From Adineta vaga (taxonomy: Eukaryota > Animalia > Rotifera), in NCBI GenBank assembly GCA_021613535.1, contig CP075497.1:7378001-7442000 (forward strand): DNA of 64,000 bases. The letters are read 5' to 3'. Below are positions 26,557 to 41,440 of the stretch, piece after piece. Both the position numbers and the translations under genes were made by a program. Position 1 is the stretch's first letter. Each line of letters opens with the position of its first letter. The notes under the pieces are model-generated. The model searched no databases, had not been told where the DNA came from, and saw only the letters and a program-made list of their open reading frames with translations.

Positions 26557-28234
26557 TCAATCAGATGATACATTATATGTAAAACAAATAGGCGGCATCT
26601 AGAAAATGAAAAATAAGATTTTACGTTTTGTTAATCGAGGAAGAAATCACGTACTTTATGACGCCATTTAGTCAAGGAGATAAAACGCATTGTATGATCT
26701 TTGCCTAGGATCTGTTCATCCAAATAGATGTCAATCTATTCCAGAAAAAGAAGAAAAAAATTCTATTTACTTTGTATTAGTCATCCTTGACGTCGTCAGA
26801 TTCCTTTTTTCCTGTTTTTATCTGACTCGTTCTTTTCTGCGACAAAGAACATAAAATAAGGTCATAAAGAAGAGAAAATATTACAACATTAACGTACTTT
26901 TATTTTTTTAGTCACATTTTTCATTAAATAATACTCTCATTTTCTCTTTAACTTATGTATCCCTCATATTTCTAGCATTTCTTCAAATACTGTCATCGAT
27001 ACGTGTTCTATTTCTCTCAATCATAATTGTCAGGACCGGTATTTTTTCTTTTTACAAAAAGAAAAAGAAAGAACAATCGATTATATTATTTACTCTTTTT
27101 TCTCTTGTAGGTTTGGTATATTATTAGAATGCCATCGTTTTTATACAAATGTATTCCATGTGCTCGTAGTGGTAAAGTACCAATTAGTGAACGCCATGAA
27201 GAGTCTCAACCAGAACGATTGTATAAGAAAAAATCCAACGAACCTGTCGAAGGACGACTCTATCAAACATCGATTCAACAGACTCCTCTACCACTTCGTG
27301 CTCGTGGTTATGAAACAATCGAAATGGATACAATAGGAACGGGAAATACTCTTTCTACAGATACAAAATAAACGAAATAATTTACTTTTCTATATTGACA
27401 TGGATCTTCGAAAATCATTTTGGCTAATAATTTTTTTAAATGTGTGACTGTTGCATTACTTGAACAGATAATAAATTTACGTGGAAGTGGCTGCAAAACA
27501 AATATTTATTATAGACATAGATTTGAGAATGATGAATCATCTGTTTACTTGAAGATCTTTTACTCTTGTTTCAATACAAATTGCAACTTGATCATCATAG
27601 ATATGTAAATCTGAATTTGATGGAATTATTTGTTGTTCTTCTTCATCACGTTTTTCTTGTAATTTTTCTTCAAAAAAACAAACAAAAACAAAACACATAT
27701 AATTTTCAATTTATCTCTTTGATCTTACCAACTAATGCAGGTGGGTATGGCAAATCTCGTTCTTTGTAATAGGCAATTTGTCGTTCAATCTCTTCTGAAA
27801 AATATTTCAAAAGAAAATAGTTCAAAAATATTTCTACAATTTCTCAAACCTTTATAAAGATGAGGAACTAATTTATAAGCAATTGATTGTAATGTACGAT
27901 CAAATACTAAAACACGCCATGGATTGACATGATCAATAACCGAATCACATTTAGGACCTGAAAAAAGATACAGATGATAATGACAATTATTTTTCATGAA
28001 ATGTTCTCACATCGTGTATTATCTTCTTCGTCATTGTCCAAATAAGCTGCTATACATGTTTTGCAAACTTTAAGAAAAAAAAAAGGTTTTTTTTTAAAAA
28101 TAAGTTATCAAATTTTCGAACATACAAGTATGTAAACATTCCGGTATTGTCGCTGCATCAATTAAATAGCCATTGCAAAGAGAACATGTTATGAACACAT
28201 TGATATCTTTATAATGAATTGTTTTTTCTCTCAT
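26557..28234 (-). CDS. Polycomb group RING finger protein (PCGF3/5-like)
   Basis: RING: [28 protein letters not shown]...CPKC; DRTLQSIAYKLVP. RAWUL: RKFIICSSNATVTHLKKLL...ILGKDHTMRFISLTKWR. Confidence 0.9.
27129..27371 (+). CDS. Candidate 80-aa nested antisense gene inside PCGF intron
   Basis: ATG-to-stop ORF lies within a 650-nt PCGF intron (26736-27385). It is preceded on + by an intron-like GT(27039)..pyrimidine tract..AG(27110). Confidence 0.5.
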   Translation: MPSFLYKCIPCARSGKVPISERHEESQPERLYKKKSNEPVEGRLYQTSIQQTPLPLRARGYETIEMDTIGTGNTLSTDTK

Positions 28235-29197
28235 CTAGAAGAAAAACAAGGACAACAACACATAATAAATGAATCAAAATATTTGAAAATAATTTCTTTG
28301 TATACAAAAATACAAATCATATAATTGATAAAGATTCAACTAGTAATAATATATATTTCGTTTGTAAATAAAATAGATGAGAACGATTGAAGAGGAGAGA
28401 AGAGAAGAGAATTTGTATTGTATGTATATATATATATATTGATGTTCGATAATAGAAACCAATAGGAATGAAAGATGCAGAGGTCACTGAACAACTGATG
28501 ATATGAATGAGAATGAGAAAAAGAATGTCTTTGTTACTATTTGAACATAGTAGCTGGACGACGAATCAAGTACATAAAACATCTGTGACACTTCAAAAAA
28601 ACACATTAGTTGATTTTCTCTTTTTCTTTAAGAAATAAAACATCTGGGGTCTGTTCTGTTTTTTACAGTGAAACATAGTTTTGGCATATTTTATTATTTC
28701 ATGATTTCTTTCTATATCATTAAAATATAAGACTCAATGTAGCATACTGAACGGGTTATTTCTTAACACATTTATTTTAATTTTCATTTGGAAAGATTAG
28801 TCTATATTGCTATCATGCGAAAATAAGTACATTTGTTTTTGATTGAATTTGTTTCTAAAGAACAAAACATAGAAATGTAATTAAACAGTTTTGAATTTTC
28901 AATGATCTTTTGTGTTCTTAACATAGTAAACACAAGTGTCATGTCATATTTTCATTCAATATTGATTTACATCATTTGATATCTAATGATTTATGAAGAA
29001 CTAGTTGCAAAATATCGAATACTCATGAATTTGATTTTCATTATGTGTTATTGTTATTAATTTTCAAAACCAACAAAAATGATACTTGATAATAATAAGT
29101 CTATTGATCACAGAATAACAAGCACGAAAACAAAACATAAATTATCACTGTTATATAATATTCGAATGTAAATGGAACACAAACGAGAAGAAAAAAA

Positions 29198-30487
29198 TCA
29201 CGTTGCTTTGCCAATTTCAAGTTTCTTTCGGAATAAAGAACCACCACGATAGATAAATGCATCGATTAGACCAGATACTGTAAAAACTCCACCCTAAAAT
29301 TAATTGAAATTATTTCAAAGAAAACAAGAATAAAAGAAATATTTACAATAATTGCACATGATGAGGTTAAAAATTGAGCTAATGATCGTTGTCGTTCAAC
29401 GAATTTCACCATAATAGCACTGATTTCATATGTAAAAAAGGCACCAGGTAATTGATGATTATTTCCTTCAAGTACATTTTGAATAATTTTACGATGTTTT
29501 GTAACAGAATATTGATTTGTTCGTACTTCAGTTTTATTTAAAAATAAATATGTTGATGGAACGATTTTGACATAATAATGAAAAAGTACAGCCCCTTCTT
29601 TTGGAATTTGTTTCGTATTCGATAATGGATTGATTTGATTAGGAAAATGTTGTCCAAATGATAAATCAGTGATATAATGAGTAGTATTCAATAAATCTAA
29701 ACGTATATTTCGTAAGGAATGAACATGAAGGTGTTGTTGTTGATATGATTGACCAGGTGCAATGTGAAAATTACCAGCAACTTTATTTACTTCTAAATAA
29801 CCATGTACACGACAACCTTCTTTTATATCAGTAAGAGTTTCATTAGAAGTAGCACTAATCATACCAATTGTTTGACCTTCTCGAACACATTGATGAACAC
29901 CAGCTAAATGTTTTTGCAAAAAATGATTAAAATTGATCGAAATCGAAACAAGAAAAGTGTTTACTCGCATCGAATGACCATCCTTTTAACCGATATGCTG
30001 TTTTTACTTCATCACAAGTTGGACAACATTTTCTTGTTTCCGATTCTGCTCCGTAACACGATTCACAATCGGATACTGTTGTTGCATTCTCCTGTGTATT
30101 ATTCAATTTTGGTAATGGTTGAAGAGATACTTTAACAATATCATTTGCAATTATATTTCCATCTAAATCTATTCTAGTTTTATATAAATTATGTATTACA
30201 TCTGTTTGTGATTCTCCTGAGATATCCATTGCATCAATTGTCAAATAACTACATGGTAAAATTGGAAATTGAATATCCATTGTAATATTCATCTTCTCCT
30301 GTCGACTTGTATCAACAAATAAAATTTGTTCAACATCAATTGTTAAATAGTATTGTAATTGAAGAAAAAAGAGGATAAAGATAATACATGTACTAATGAT
30401 TGTAACTAATCCACCACTAATTGTTCGAACACGGAAATCGTCTAAAGTTTTTGCATATGCATCAAATTGTTTAAGTTGACCAGACAT
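29198..30487 (-). CDS. ERGIC3: ER-Golgi intermediate compartment protein 3
   Basis: LKQFDAYAKTLDDFRVRTISGG, CESCYGAE...CCPTCDEVKTAYRLKGW, EGCRVHGYLEVNKVAGNFHIAPG, C-terminal KLEIGKAT*. Confidence 0.95.
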
Positions 30488-30695
30488 TGATGAATATGAA
30501 ACATAAAAGTAAAGAAAAAAACGTTATTATCAATATGATTTTTCTAGTTTTTATTCGATTGGTTATTCTTTTATACGAATGAAAAATTAACATTTCAATG
30601 GTGTACTTCATCAATTGGTTAAATAAGAAAAGTACAAGTGTTCTTTTTTTTTCTACACTTTTGTTGATTATATTTTAATTGAAAATAAAAAGAAA
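30488..30695. promoter_or_regulatory. Probable bidirectional promoter between ERGIC3 and ACTR1
   Basis: Only 208 bp separate the head-to-head ATGs. Two ATTGGTT (reverse CCAAT) motifs lie near 30558 and 30614. Confidence 0.5.
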
Positions 30696-32123
<1,428 letters not shown>

Positions 32124-32339
32124 TCCAGATTGTCTCTACTTTTTTTTTGCATTTGTTTTTTTGTGGTATTTAGGTTTTATTTTTACTGTTAAAACAGAGC
32201 ATTCTTTTTCCTATATATATATACATGTGTGTATCGAATGGTTTAATTGTATTTTTAACGCGCTGGTTCGTGTGTATTTAGACACTTTATCATTTAATGG
32301 AATTGAAAAGGAATGAAAGAAATATTTGTTCAGTTTTAG

Positions 32340-35296
32340 ATGACTGAAAAACTAATTCAACGTCGGCAAAATGTTAAAGATAAACGTTTGCTTGATAAAC
32401 AGAAAAATGACCATACTACTGAAACAACACAAAAACGAAAAGAATCTCGTCAAAATTTATCTTCATCAAAAACTGGACATAAGAATAACAAATCGTCTAT
32501 TCGAATCTTTGCATTATTTATTATCAGTCTTACTATTATAGTTGTTTTGTATAAACTTGTTACTGGAAATATTTATACTGAACATACAAATATTCCACTT
32601 GATTTACCAAAACTTACTGATGTTAATCAATCTATCTCGGAAAGATTTTGGGGAACATATAGGTAAAGAGCAATACTTTATATAGTAGGAAGAAAACTTA
32701 TATTTGATGAATAGATCAAATTTATATTTTGGTTTAAAACATCGAAGTGCACAATCGTTAAGTGCAGGATTAATGTGGTTTGATTATAGTACATTACAAA
32801 AGTCACAAGATCGATTTCTTCGGTAAAATGAAAAAAAAGAAATATTATTTTCCGAAAGGAAATTATTTTGTTTTTCTAGACATTGGTGTGATCAGAATGA
32901 TCGATTAAAATATGGATGGATATATCATGATGGAGAAAAGTTTGGAATTGAAAATATTACAGATACTAATTTACAAATGAAAATCGAATGGATCAGAGAA
33001 AATATTGGCAAGCATGGTGGAGATTGGACGAGCCGTATTAATGTTCTACCTCAAGTATGAATAGTTAACACATTTGATAGCCTGAAAGTTTTGCATATAG
33101 AACGACCTATAATAAATGATGAGTGATTGTTCATAGCATAGACATACTCTATCATTCTTTACAATATTCTTTTATATAAAACAAACCAAGATATGTATTT
33201 TGAATTTCTAGTCTAATAATTATTCTGTTCCGGTTTCTTTATTCTTCTATTTTCATCATGATTTTCCATGGATCAAACAAATTACATCAATTTCCAAACA
33301 ATCACCTCATCTTCTCACTGTTCGTGGTCAAACCAATGAACTCGATCAATTTACTATTAAAATCAAACTGAATACATTAACTCATAAACCAATCGTTCGT
33401 ACACTAACGGATGTGTTTCAACTCGATACAATTCATCAACATATTCTCTCGAAATTAACATCGAATCGTCCTGAACAACCATATTTTGTGTTAGCCGATC
33501 AACTCTTCAAATCTTCCGAACATAATACATTTTTCGTACAAATAACTTTACCAAAATTATTACCCGATGAAAATTTCTCATTTGATATTATCTATCAATC
33601 AGATTCATCTGATAATGAACGCCAACAAGATTTAGCAGATACTCATTTTAGTGAAGAAATTCTTCGTTTACAAAAACAATTTGATCAACGATTTGAAACT
33701 ATATTTCAATTGAAAAGTAAACAAAATATCTCGGCTAAAAAACTTCATTTTGCTCGTTCAACATTAAGTAATTTAATTGGTGGAATTTCATATTTTACCG
33801 GTAATATTAATCTTACAATTTTCATATAGCAAAAAAAAGAGAGTTTCTCTTCTCGATCTATCTTTAGGTCAATCTTCGGTAGCTCAATCAAATCAAAAGA
33901 TTCCCGATAAATATTGGACAACAAACTTATACACAGCTGTTCCATCACGTTCATTTTTTCCACGTGGTTTTCTTTGGGATGAAGGTTTTCATAATCTTCT
34001 TATTGCTCGATGGAATGAAAACATAACTATTGATATACTTTCACATTGGTTTGATATGTTAAATGATAATGGATGGATACCTCGAGTAAGATTTCAATTG
34101 ATTGGAATTTATAGTTATTTTCGAAAAACTCGCTTCATTCATTCATAGGAAATCATTCTTGGTGACGAAGCACGTGCTCGTGTTCCATCTGAATTCATCG
34201 TACAATATACGAACAATGCCAATCCTCCGACATTTTTTCTAACGATCGATTATTTATTAAAGAAAAATCGAACCAATCATCTTTTTACATTACCATTTAT
34301 TCAACGTTTAGAAAAATGGTATCAATGGTATAATCGTACTCAATCTGGTCCAATACCTTTTTCATTTCGTTGGCGTGGTCGAAATGCTTCGTCAATATTT
34401 GAACTTAATCCTAAAACACTCACAAGTGGTCTTGATGATTATCCTCGTGCATCACATCCAACCGATTCTGAACGTCATTTAGATTTACGTTGTTGGATAA
34501 CATTAGCATCATCAGTACTTGGTAAACTTTACTCTCTCATAGACAATAAACAAACAAACAAATATTTAACTTATGCACAATTACTTGCAAATAATGAACT
34601 ACTCGATCGATTACATTGGTCAGAAGACGATGAAATGTATGCTGATTATGGATTACATACTGATTATGTTAAATTAAAAAATGTTTTAGTACCGAAAACA
34701 TCACCATCACAACAGTATCAACAAAAACAAATGATTCGACAAATAACAAAAGAATCAGATCTTCAATTGAAATATGTTAAACATTTTGGTTATGTTTCTC
34801 TTTTTCCATTAATGACACGAGTTTTAGATCCACAATCAAAAAAACTTGAGAAAATTCTAGATGATTTACGAAATTCAACATTATTATGGACATCCTATGG
34901 TCTAAGATCATTAGCACAATCAAGTCCATTGTATGAAGCAAGAAATACTGAACATGATCCACCTTATTGGAGAGGTAAACATATCTTAGTTTGATGAATG
35001 AAAGAAAGTTTCTTAAATCATTTTCTACAGGTTCTATTTGGATTAATATGAATTATATGGTTTTATCAGCTTTACAACATTATGCAAAAACGTCTGGTCC
35101 ATATTCGGATAAGGCTAATGAAATTTATAATCAACTGCGTACAAATATTATAAATAATATGTTTCGTATTTATGAAAAAACAGGTCATATTTGGGAACAG
35201 TATGATGATCGTACTGGTAACGGTAAGGGTAGTCATCCATTTACGGGTTGGTCATCATTGATTGTTTTAATTATGTCGGAATTATATGATGAATAA
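32340..35296 (+). CDS. MOGS: Mannosyl-oligosaccharide glucosidase I (GH63)
   Basis: Type II TM; FWGTYR, PSRSFFPRGFLWDEGFH, GWIPRE, NPKTLTSGLDDYPRASHP, PPYWRG, WEQYDD...HPFTGW. Confidence 0.96.
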
Positions 35297-35712
35297 GTAA
35301 TGAATCTTCTCTTCCTAAAGAGAAGTAAGTAACTGAATGTGATGATGTGATAATCAGTGAAATTCTTCATGACTTTTGTTTCGCTTATTTTGTGTATGCG
35401 TATAGAAGTAATATTTGCGTTTTCTTTCGGTAATGGGCGTGACTTTTTTGTTTGTAGATTAATGTGAAAGATCATGATCGAATAATTTGAGTTTTAATAA
35501 GATAGATAAAAAGTCATTTTATTTCTTTTAGATTATTCTCTTTGTTTATATGACACGTATTTATCTGTGATTTCTCATGCATTCCTAGCGATATACATAA
35601 CATTCTTTGTCAAAAAAAAAACAAGTAAGATATTTTTTATCTAATATTTTCATTAATACATCTTTAACTTCTAGATTTAAGTCAAATTTAATTTGAATTA
35701 GAATTATTTCCA

Positions 35713-36716
35713 ATGGCTATTTCAAGTCGTCTCTTATTATTAATTACTTTTATTACTCTTTTTATATTAAGTATTTCAATTTACATTTATTCAAAAGATT
35801 ATTATCAAAATGGACGATATTCAAACATACAACTTACCCTACCGAATGGAACAAAAATTGTTTCGAACAAAAAAGATGATTCATTGTCTTCGAAAACCGA
35901 TCGAGGCGAAATAAAAACAAATAATCCTGGTTTTATTCAAGGATTTATTGCTTCACTATTCATTATTTTAATTACTGAATTAGGTGATAAAACATTTTTC
36001 ATTGCTGCGATTATGGCTATGCGCCATGCACGTCTAACTATCTATGTGGGTGCAATGGGTGCTCTTGGAACAATGACGATTTTGTCTGCTTTGTTCGGAG
36101 TTATGATAACGAAGTTTCTGCCAAGAATTTATACATATTATCTTTCAGGTATATTATTTGCATGTTTTGGTATTAAAATGTTGAAAGATGGATATGGAAT
36201 GTCACCAGATGAGGGTACAGAAGAATATGAAGAAGTTCAAAATGAAATTGAAAAAGCAGAAGCTAATGAAGATGTAGAGTTAGGTAATGGAGAATCAATA
36301 GATAATTCATCCAAAGGTAATCAGTCACAACAGAGATTACCACAAAAAAGTATGGGCGTTCGGATTGTGGCAATGATTCGTCGTTATATCTCACCAATTT
36401 TTATTCAAGCATTTATCATGACATTTCTTGCTGTGAGTAATTATTCTTTGATCAAATCAATTCTATTTTCAATCTGTTTCATCATTAGGAATGGGGTGAT
36501 CGTTCTCAGATATCAACAATTGTATTAGCTGCTGGTGAAAATCTTCTAGGGGTTATTGTAGGTGGTATCATAGGTCATGGTTTTTGTACTGGATTAGCTG
36601 TTCTTGGTGGACGTTTTGTTGCTCAATGTATATCACCTAAAACTGTAACACTTGTTGGTGGTGTTGTATTTTTATGTTTTGCTCTATCAACATTCTTTTT
36701 CCGTCCCGAAATTTAA
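35713..36716 (+). CDS. TMEM165: GDT1/TMEM165 Ca2+/Mn2+ exchanger
   Basis: ELGDKTFFIAAIMAMRH and spliced FLAEWGDRSQISTI are the two UPF0016 signature motifs. Confidence 0.95.
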
Positions 36717-37005
36717 CTCAAGTAAATGATCAACTATTTATCGATCAGATTTCTTCTTTCTTCGAACAACACAAAACCGATAGAAGAGTTTTCAACAACC
36801 GGTTCATTCGATCAAGTATTCATTTCTTTTGTATGGATGAACTTTTCCAGCATATATGTATCTTTAATTTAATCATTGTTTTTTTTCCCTAGAAATATCA
36901 CTACTCTGTAGTAATAACAAAAGGATTTGAAAACTATAAAATAACGACATGTTTTGTTTTTGCATTCTTAGAAAAATAAATCTAAGTTTGTTGAATGAAT
37001 TGTAT

Positions 37006-37028
37006 GAGAGAGAGAGAGAGAGAGAGAG
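37006..37028. repeat. (GA)n microsatellite
   Basis: About 11 GA units, read directly. Confidence 0.9.
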
Positions 37029-38003
37029 TGATCTTAAAGTTTATCTGAAAATGATCGACAAAGATGCGAGGTAATGAGATTTTTCTATGACTTCAAGAGA
37101 AAATAATTAGTTTGCTAGAGAATACTTCTTTATAGAAGATTAAAAAAGAATTTAGTAAAAGTCATATCGATCTTGATAATTATTCTATCTGTGTTTTGTT
37201 TATTTGAGTTACTGTTATCAATCAAAAAGAGGTTTAGTAAAGACTAGATCAATTGGTATCTCAGATGTCGAACAAAAATAAATTGATCTCGTGTCCTTTG
37301 TTATTAAAATAGCATGATCAAATTATGAGCTTATTGTAGTAATATCGTGACGTGCGAATCGCTATAGAATTTGAATATGTAACTGCTGTGCGTATTGAAT
37401 AATCATATGCTTAATCTACTCTTGAGTAGATGCAAAACCGAGACATCTATATAATAACATTTTATACTAAATCGAATTTCATGATTTAGAACTCACTCTA
37501 TCAAAATGTTGTCAGATATATCGAGAATACGTTCATTTCAATTCATTTTTAACACAGAAAAGAGCAGGAAATCTCGTTGAATATTTGTTTTTTCCTTCTC
37601 TCAAACAATACAACAACAGAAAGTTAATATTAGTCGTTTTTTTTACTTCAAGAAATGCTTATTCCAATCAACAACTTTCTTCATTTTATTTTCTTCTATT
37701 TAATTAATAATTCTATGCATGAATAAGCTTAGAAAATCTCTTGGAACCATATTATAAACTTTGAATATAGAAGAAACATGCATATTTGCTCTTATTTCTA
37801 ATAAAAACTTGTTTTTGCAATGTCATCGTCATAACAATATATACGCTTGAAGATGGAAAAGAAAAAGGTGTTGAAATTATTTTTTATTTTTACTTTAGTA
37901 TTAATATTATGATTCTTTGAGCGTAGAAAAGAAAAAGGAAAATGATATACGAACATACGATTCACACCTTGTTTCTTGATAAGCTTATTCTTCAATTCAA
38001 GGA

Positions 38004-38801
38004 ATGTCTTGCATAGAAGATTCGCATCCTTATTGGAGTTATGAAAAGCCATCAGAATGGTGTAAACGTTTTCCACATGCAAATGGATCATGGCAATCAC
38101 CAATTGATATTGATTCGATTGATACTATTCCTCAAATGTATCCACCTTTTGTATTCTCATCAAAATATGATTCAGATCAATTATTCACATTGAATAATGA
38201 TGGTCAACAAATAACAGCAACATTATCGACAACATGTATGAATGATATTAATAAAAATGAACTATGGTTTAGTGGAAGTGGTCTACAGGGACGATTTCAT
38301 TTTGTTAATTTTCATTTACATTGGGGACGAAATAATCGACATGGATCCGAACATGAAATCAACGGACATCGATTTCCAGCGGAAGCACATTTCGTTCATA
38401 AAAATCATGACAATGGCCAAATCGCTGTATTAGCATTATTTCTTACTATTATCGAGGATACAGACAATATAAATACTAAACATAATGAATGGGAAAAATA
38501 TGCCGACGTTGCTAGTCAATTGAATAAAATTCAGAAAACAGCGACATGTACGTTTAATTTAAGTCAATTAATGCAAATTGATGATCGAGATTTCTTTCGA
38601 TATGTCGGCAGTTTAACAACACCACCTTGTACAGAAGGTATTATTTGGACTATATTTTCTCATGCAATTCCAATGAAAGGAAAAAGTTTAAATTTACTTC
38701 GTCAAAATATTTTGAAAAAAGTTCATCGACCTATTCAACCAATAAATGGTCGAACAATTTTTCGAAATTATTATCATTATTATTATTCAAAAACGATTTG
38801 A
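38004..38801 (+). CDS. Alpha-carbonic anhydrase, cytosolic type, intronless
   Basis: QSPIDI, FHLHWG..GSEH, EAHFVH (three Zn-ligand His), YVGSLTTPPCTEGIIW, RPIQPINGR. Confidence 0.95.
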   Translation: MSCIEDSHPYWSYEKPSEWCKRFPHANGSWQSPIDIDSIDTIPQMYPPFVFSSKYDSDQLFTLNNDGQQITATLSTTCMNDINKNELWFSGSGLQGRFHFVNFHLHWGRNNRHGSEHEINGHRFPAEAHFVHKNHDNGQIAVLALFLTIIEDTDNINTKHNEWEKYADVASQLNKIQKTATCTFNLSQLMQIDDRDFFRYVGSLTTPPCTEGIIWTIFSHAIPMKGKSLNLLRQNILKKVHRPIQPINGRTIFRNYYHYYYSKTI

Positions 38802-38952
38802 ATTTATGCAGACATACTTACACACATGAAAAATGATGATCTTGCAATTGACGATTAATAATTAAATTAACAATTGCATTTTAATAAATAAAAAAATACA
38901 TGTAAATGGTTTTCAGTTAGTTTATCAAATTTAATTGAAAATATATAACATA

Positions 38953-39310
38953 TCAGGTTCGATTGATTTTTTTTCTTAGCACAGTAGTTTTAGTGATAAG
39001 TCTTGGCGTCTCATTGTCGTCTTCACTGTATGTGCCATGAAGCGAACAGCAGCAACAACAAAAGCAGAAACTATTATTTGAAAAACGAGTTGGACCAGTA
39101 AAATCTGCATTGGTATGTTCAGTCTGAAAATAAGAACAACATCAATTATATTAATCATTGAGAAATTAAAAAGAGAATGAAATGATATTAAACCTTTCTA
39201 TGATATTGAATATTTCCATTCATATCGATTTGTAATTCAGTATATTGATCATCGGTCCATAGTCCAACAAATTTTTCAGGAGGTTTATTTCCACAACAAC
39301 AAGTACCCAT
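38953..39310 (-). CDS. 95-aa Cys-rich, probably myristoylated/palmitoylated protein (2 exons, absent from ORF track)
   Basis: Exon 39310-39194, a 70-nt GT-AG intron and exon 39123-38953 join in frame: MGTCCCGNKPPEKFVGLWTDDQYTELQIDMNGNIQYHRK/TEHTNADFTGPTRFSNNSFCFCCCCCSLHGTYSEDDNETPRLITKTTVLRKKINRT*. Confidence 0.65.
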
Positions 39311-39933
39311 AATAATAATAGTTTGTAATATTGCTCGTATATTTTGTCAAATAAGTTTATTGTTTATATATACATATTCGGTCATGCATAAAGAATCTTA
39401 TGGGTGTATGACATTAGTCATACAAATTAGCATATTTATTGCACAACAAATTGTTTTTTGATTGAGTCAACTATTTATCATGAGTAACGCTATGGGATTT
39501 AAGAGAACTCCTCTTCAAATTTTGTTTTCTTTTTCGTTCTATCAAAACCATATGTTGCTCATTGATTCACTCTTTTTTAGAAACTCTATGTCAAGCTGAA
39601 ACACAGTATAAAAGAATCTTATCCTATTTGAAAATATGTACTGGACATTTCGGAATAGTTAATAAAGGCAAAAATTGAGAACGGTGTAACGGAGAGGTAA
39701 ATAGTGAATTACTTGAATACTTGACTCTTCATTTCATTATTATCAGTGAAATACGAGATTTGCATACACGTATAAGATTAGTATCAAATTTAAAATTATA
39801 AACAAAACATAGATAACAACGATGTAGTTTGTATTCAGGTCACATAAAAACATATTTTAAAAACATATATATCTTGCATTCGATTAACTTTTTATTCAAG
39901 TGAAGCAGCAAGGATTTCCTTGGATTAATAAAT

Positions 39934-41393
39934 ATGTTTCAAACAAGTTTCATCTTATTAACTATATCTCTTACGATTACTCAAGGTTTTATTCCACATC
40001 CATCTATTCGTGTAGGAGGTCAAGCAGGTGGCAGTAAGTTTTAGACTTTTCGATTGATGACATGTTCTTCAGTATATTTCTAGGTATTACTCATACTGAA
40101 ATAACTCAAATTGCGTTTGTTCGTAGTCTTGCTCGTTATCTTTTAGAAACGAAAGCAATTCAAAAATATGAAATTGAAAATAAAGAGTATACCATTGATG
40201 AATTATATACTTTAACATATCCAGATTGGTCGGAAGAAAAGCTTCATATTCAAACTTATCCATTAAAAAGTATTCTTGATACATTACTAGTTGAAAACGC
40301 AATGGTTGATATTGATCGTTCGACAAAAAAACTACCCGCTGCACATTTTGATAGTGAAGCATTTAGTAATGCAAGTCGACGAATGATTAAAATGCGACAA
40401 ATAAGTAATGTATTTTCCTTTTGAAAATATTTAAAAGAAAGTTCATCTATTTCAAGTTATTAACGATGTTAAAAATGAAACAAAAGAGTTAATACAAGCA
40501 CGTCAAGTACTTGGTCAACTTTTACATACTTTACAAGATTTTTATTCACATTCAAATTGGATTGAATTAGGTAAAACGAGTATTAATGAACGATTAGGAA
40601 TTTATGAAGATATTGGACCTGTGGCTTCACCTAATCAATCGACTTGTAGAAGCGAAGGATGTATTGCAAAAAAAGTGAAATGTGTAAGACAGAATTTCAG
40701 TGCATTTTCTATTAATATATTTCTTTTTTAAGAGTATCTTACAAAAAGTAACATTAAATAAATGTCCATTGAAATATTATGAATGTAAAGATAATATTCA
40801 TCCTGAAATTATTCAAAAAGGTTTATTAACTAGTGGTTATTCAGTGAATCAATTCAATGAAGATAATGAACCAATATTTAAACCAACTCATGTAGAAAAA
40901 TGTTCACATGGATCTGTTCTAGATACATCATCACATTTGCCAGCAATTGGAGGAATTAATAAAGATACAATCACTTCTATTTATTCACCACGTTCTGATC
41001 TTCAGTAAGGAATAGAATGATGAAAGGAAATCTTTATCATATTCTTATTCTTCTAGTTTTGAAGCAGCAACAATGGCTGTTCTTGCAACTGAAAGATATT
41101 TTAATGATCTACGAAAAGATTTAGGTGATGATAATTTCGATCGTCTTTTTGCAATACATCCAACCATGAATGAATTGAATGCAGCATCAAAAGCAGTTGC
41201 ACATATGAGAAAATTTCGTTTTTTTACTTCATCAATTTCAAGTGGAATTTCTATGGGTAAACGTCTTGTAAACAATATTCGACAAATAGTAAAGAAACGT
41301 TTGAATAAATTTCGATGGGCATTATTTCCAAATTCAAATGATTTAAAAATTGAAGATATCTCATTTCGTCGTCGAAGATCATTAAATTTTTAG
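39934..41393 (+). CDS. Secreted VWA7 N-terminal / HET-C-like domain protein lacking the VWA domain
   Basis: Signal peptide MFQTSFILLTISLTITQG, then ITHTEIT, AAHFDSE, ARQVLGQLLHTLQDFYSHSNWIELG, LLTSGY, KCSHG, GGINKD. Confidence 0.85.
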
Positions 41394-41440
41394 ATACTTT
41401 CACTCCTTTTTTTTCTTCTTATATTCTTTTATGAATAAAA

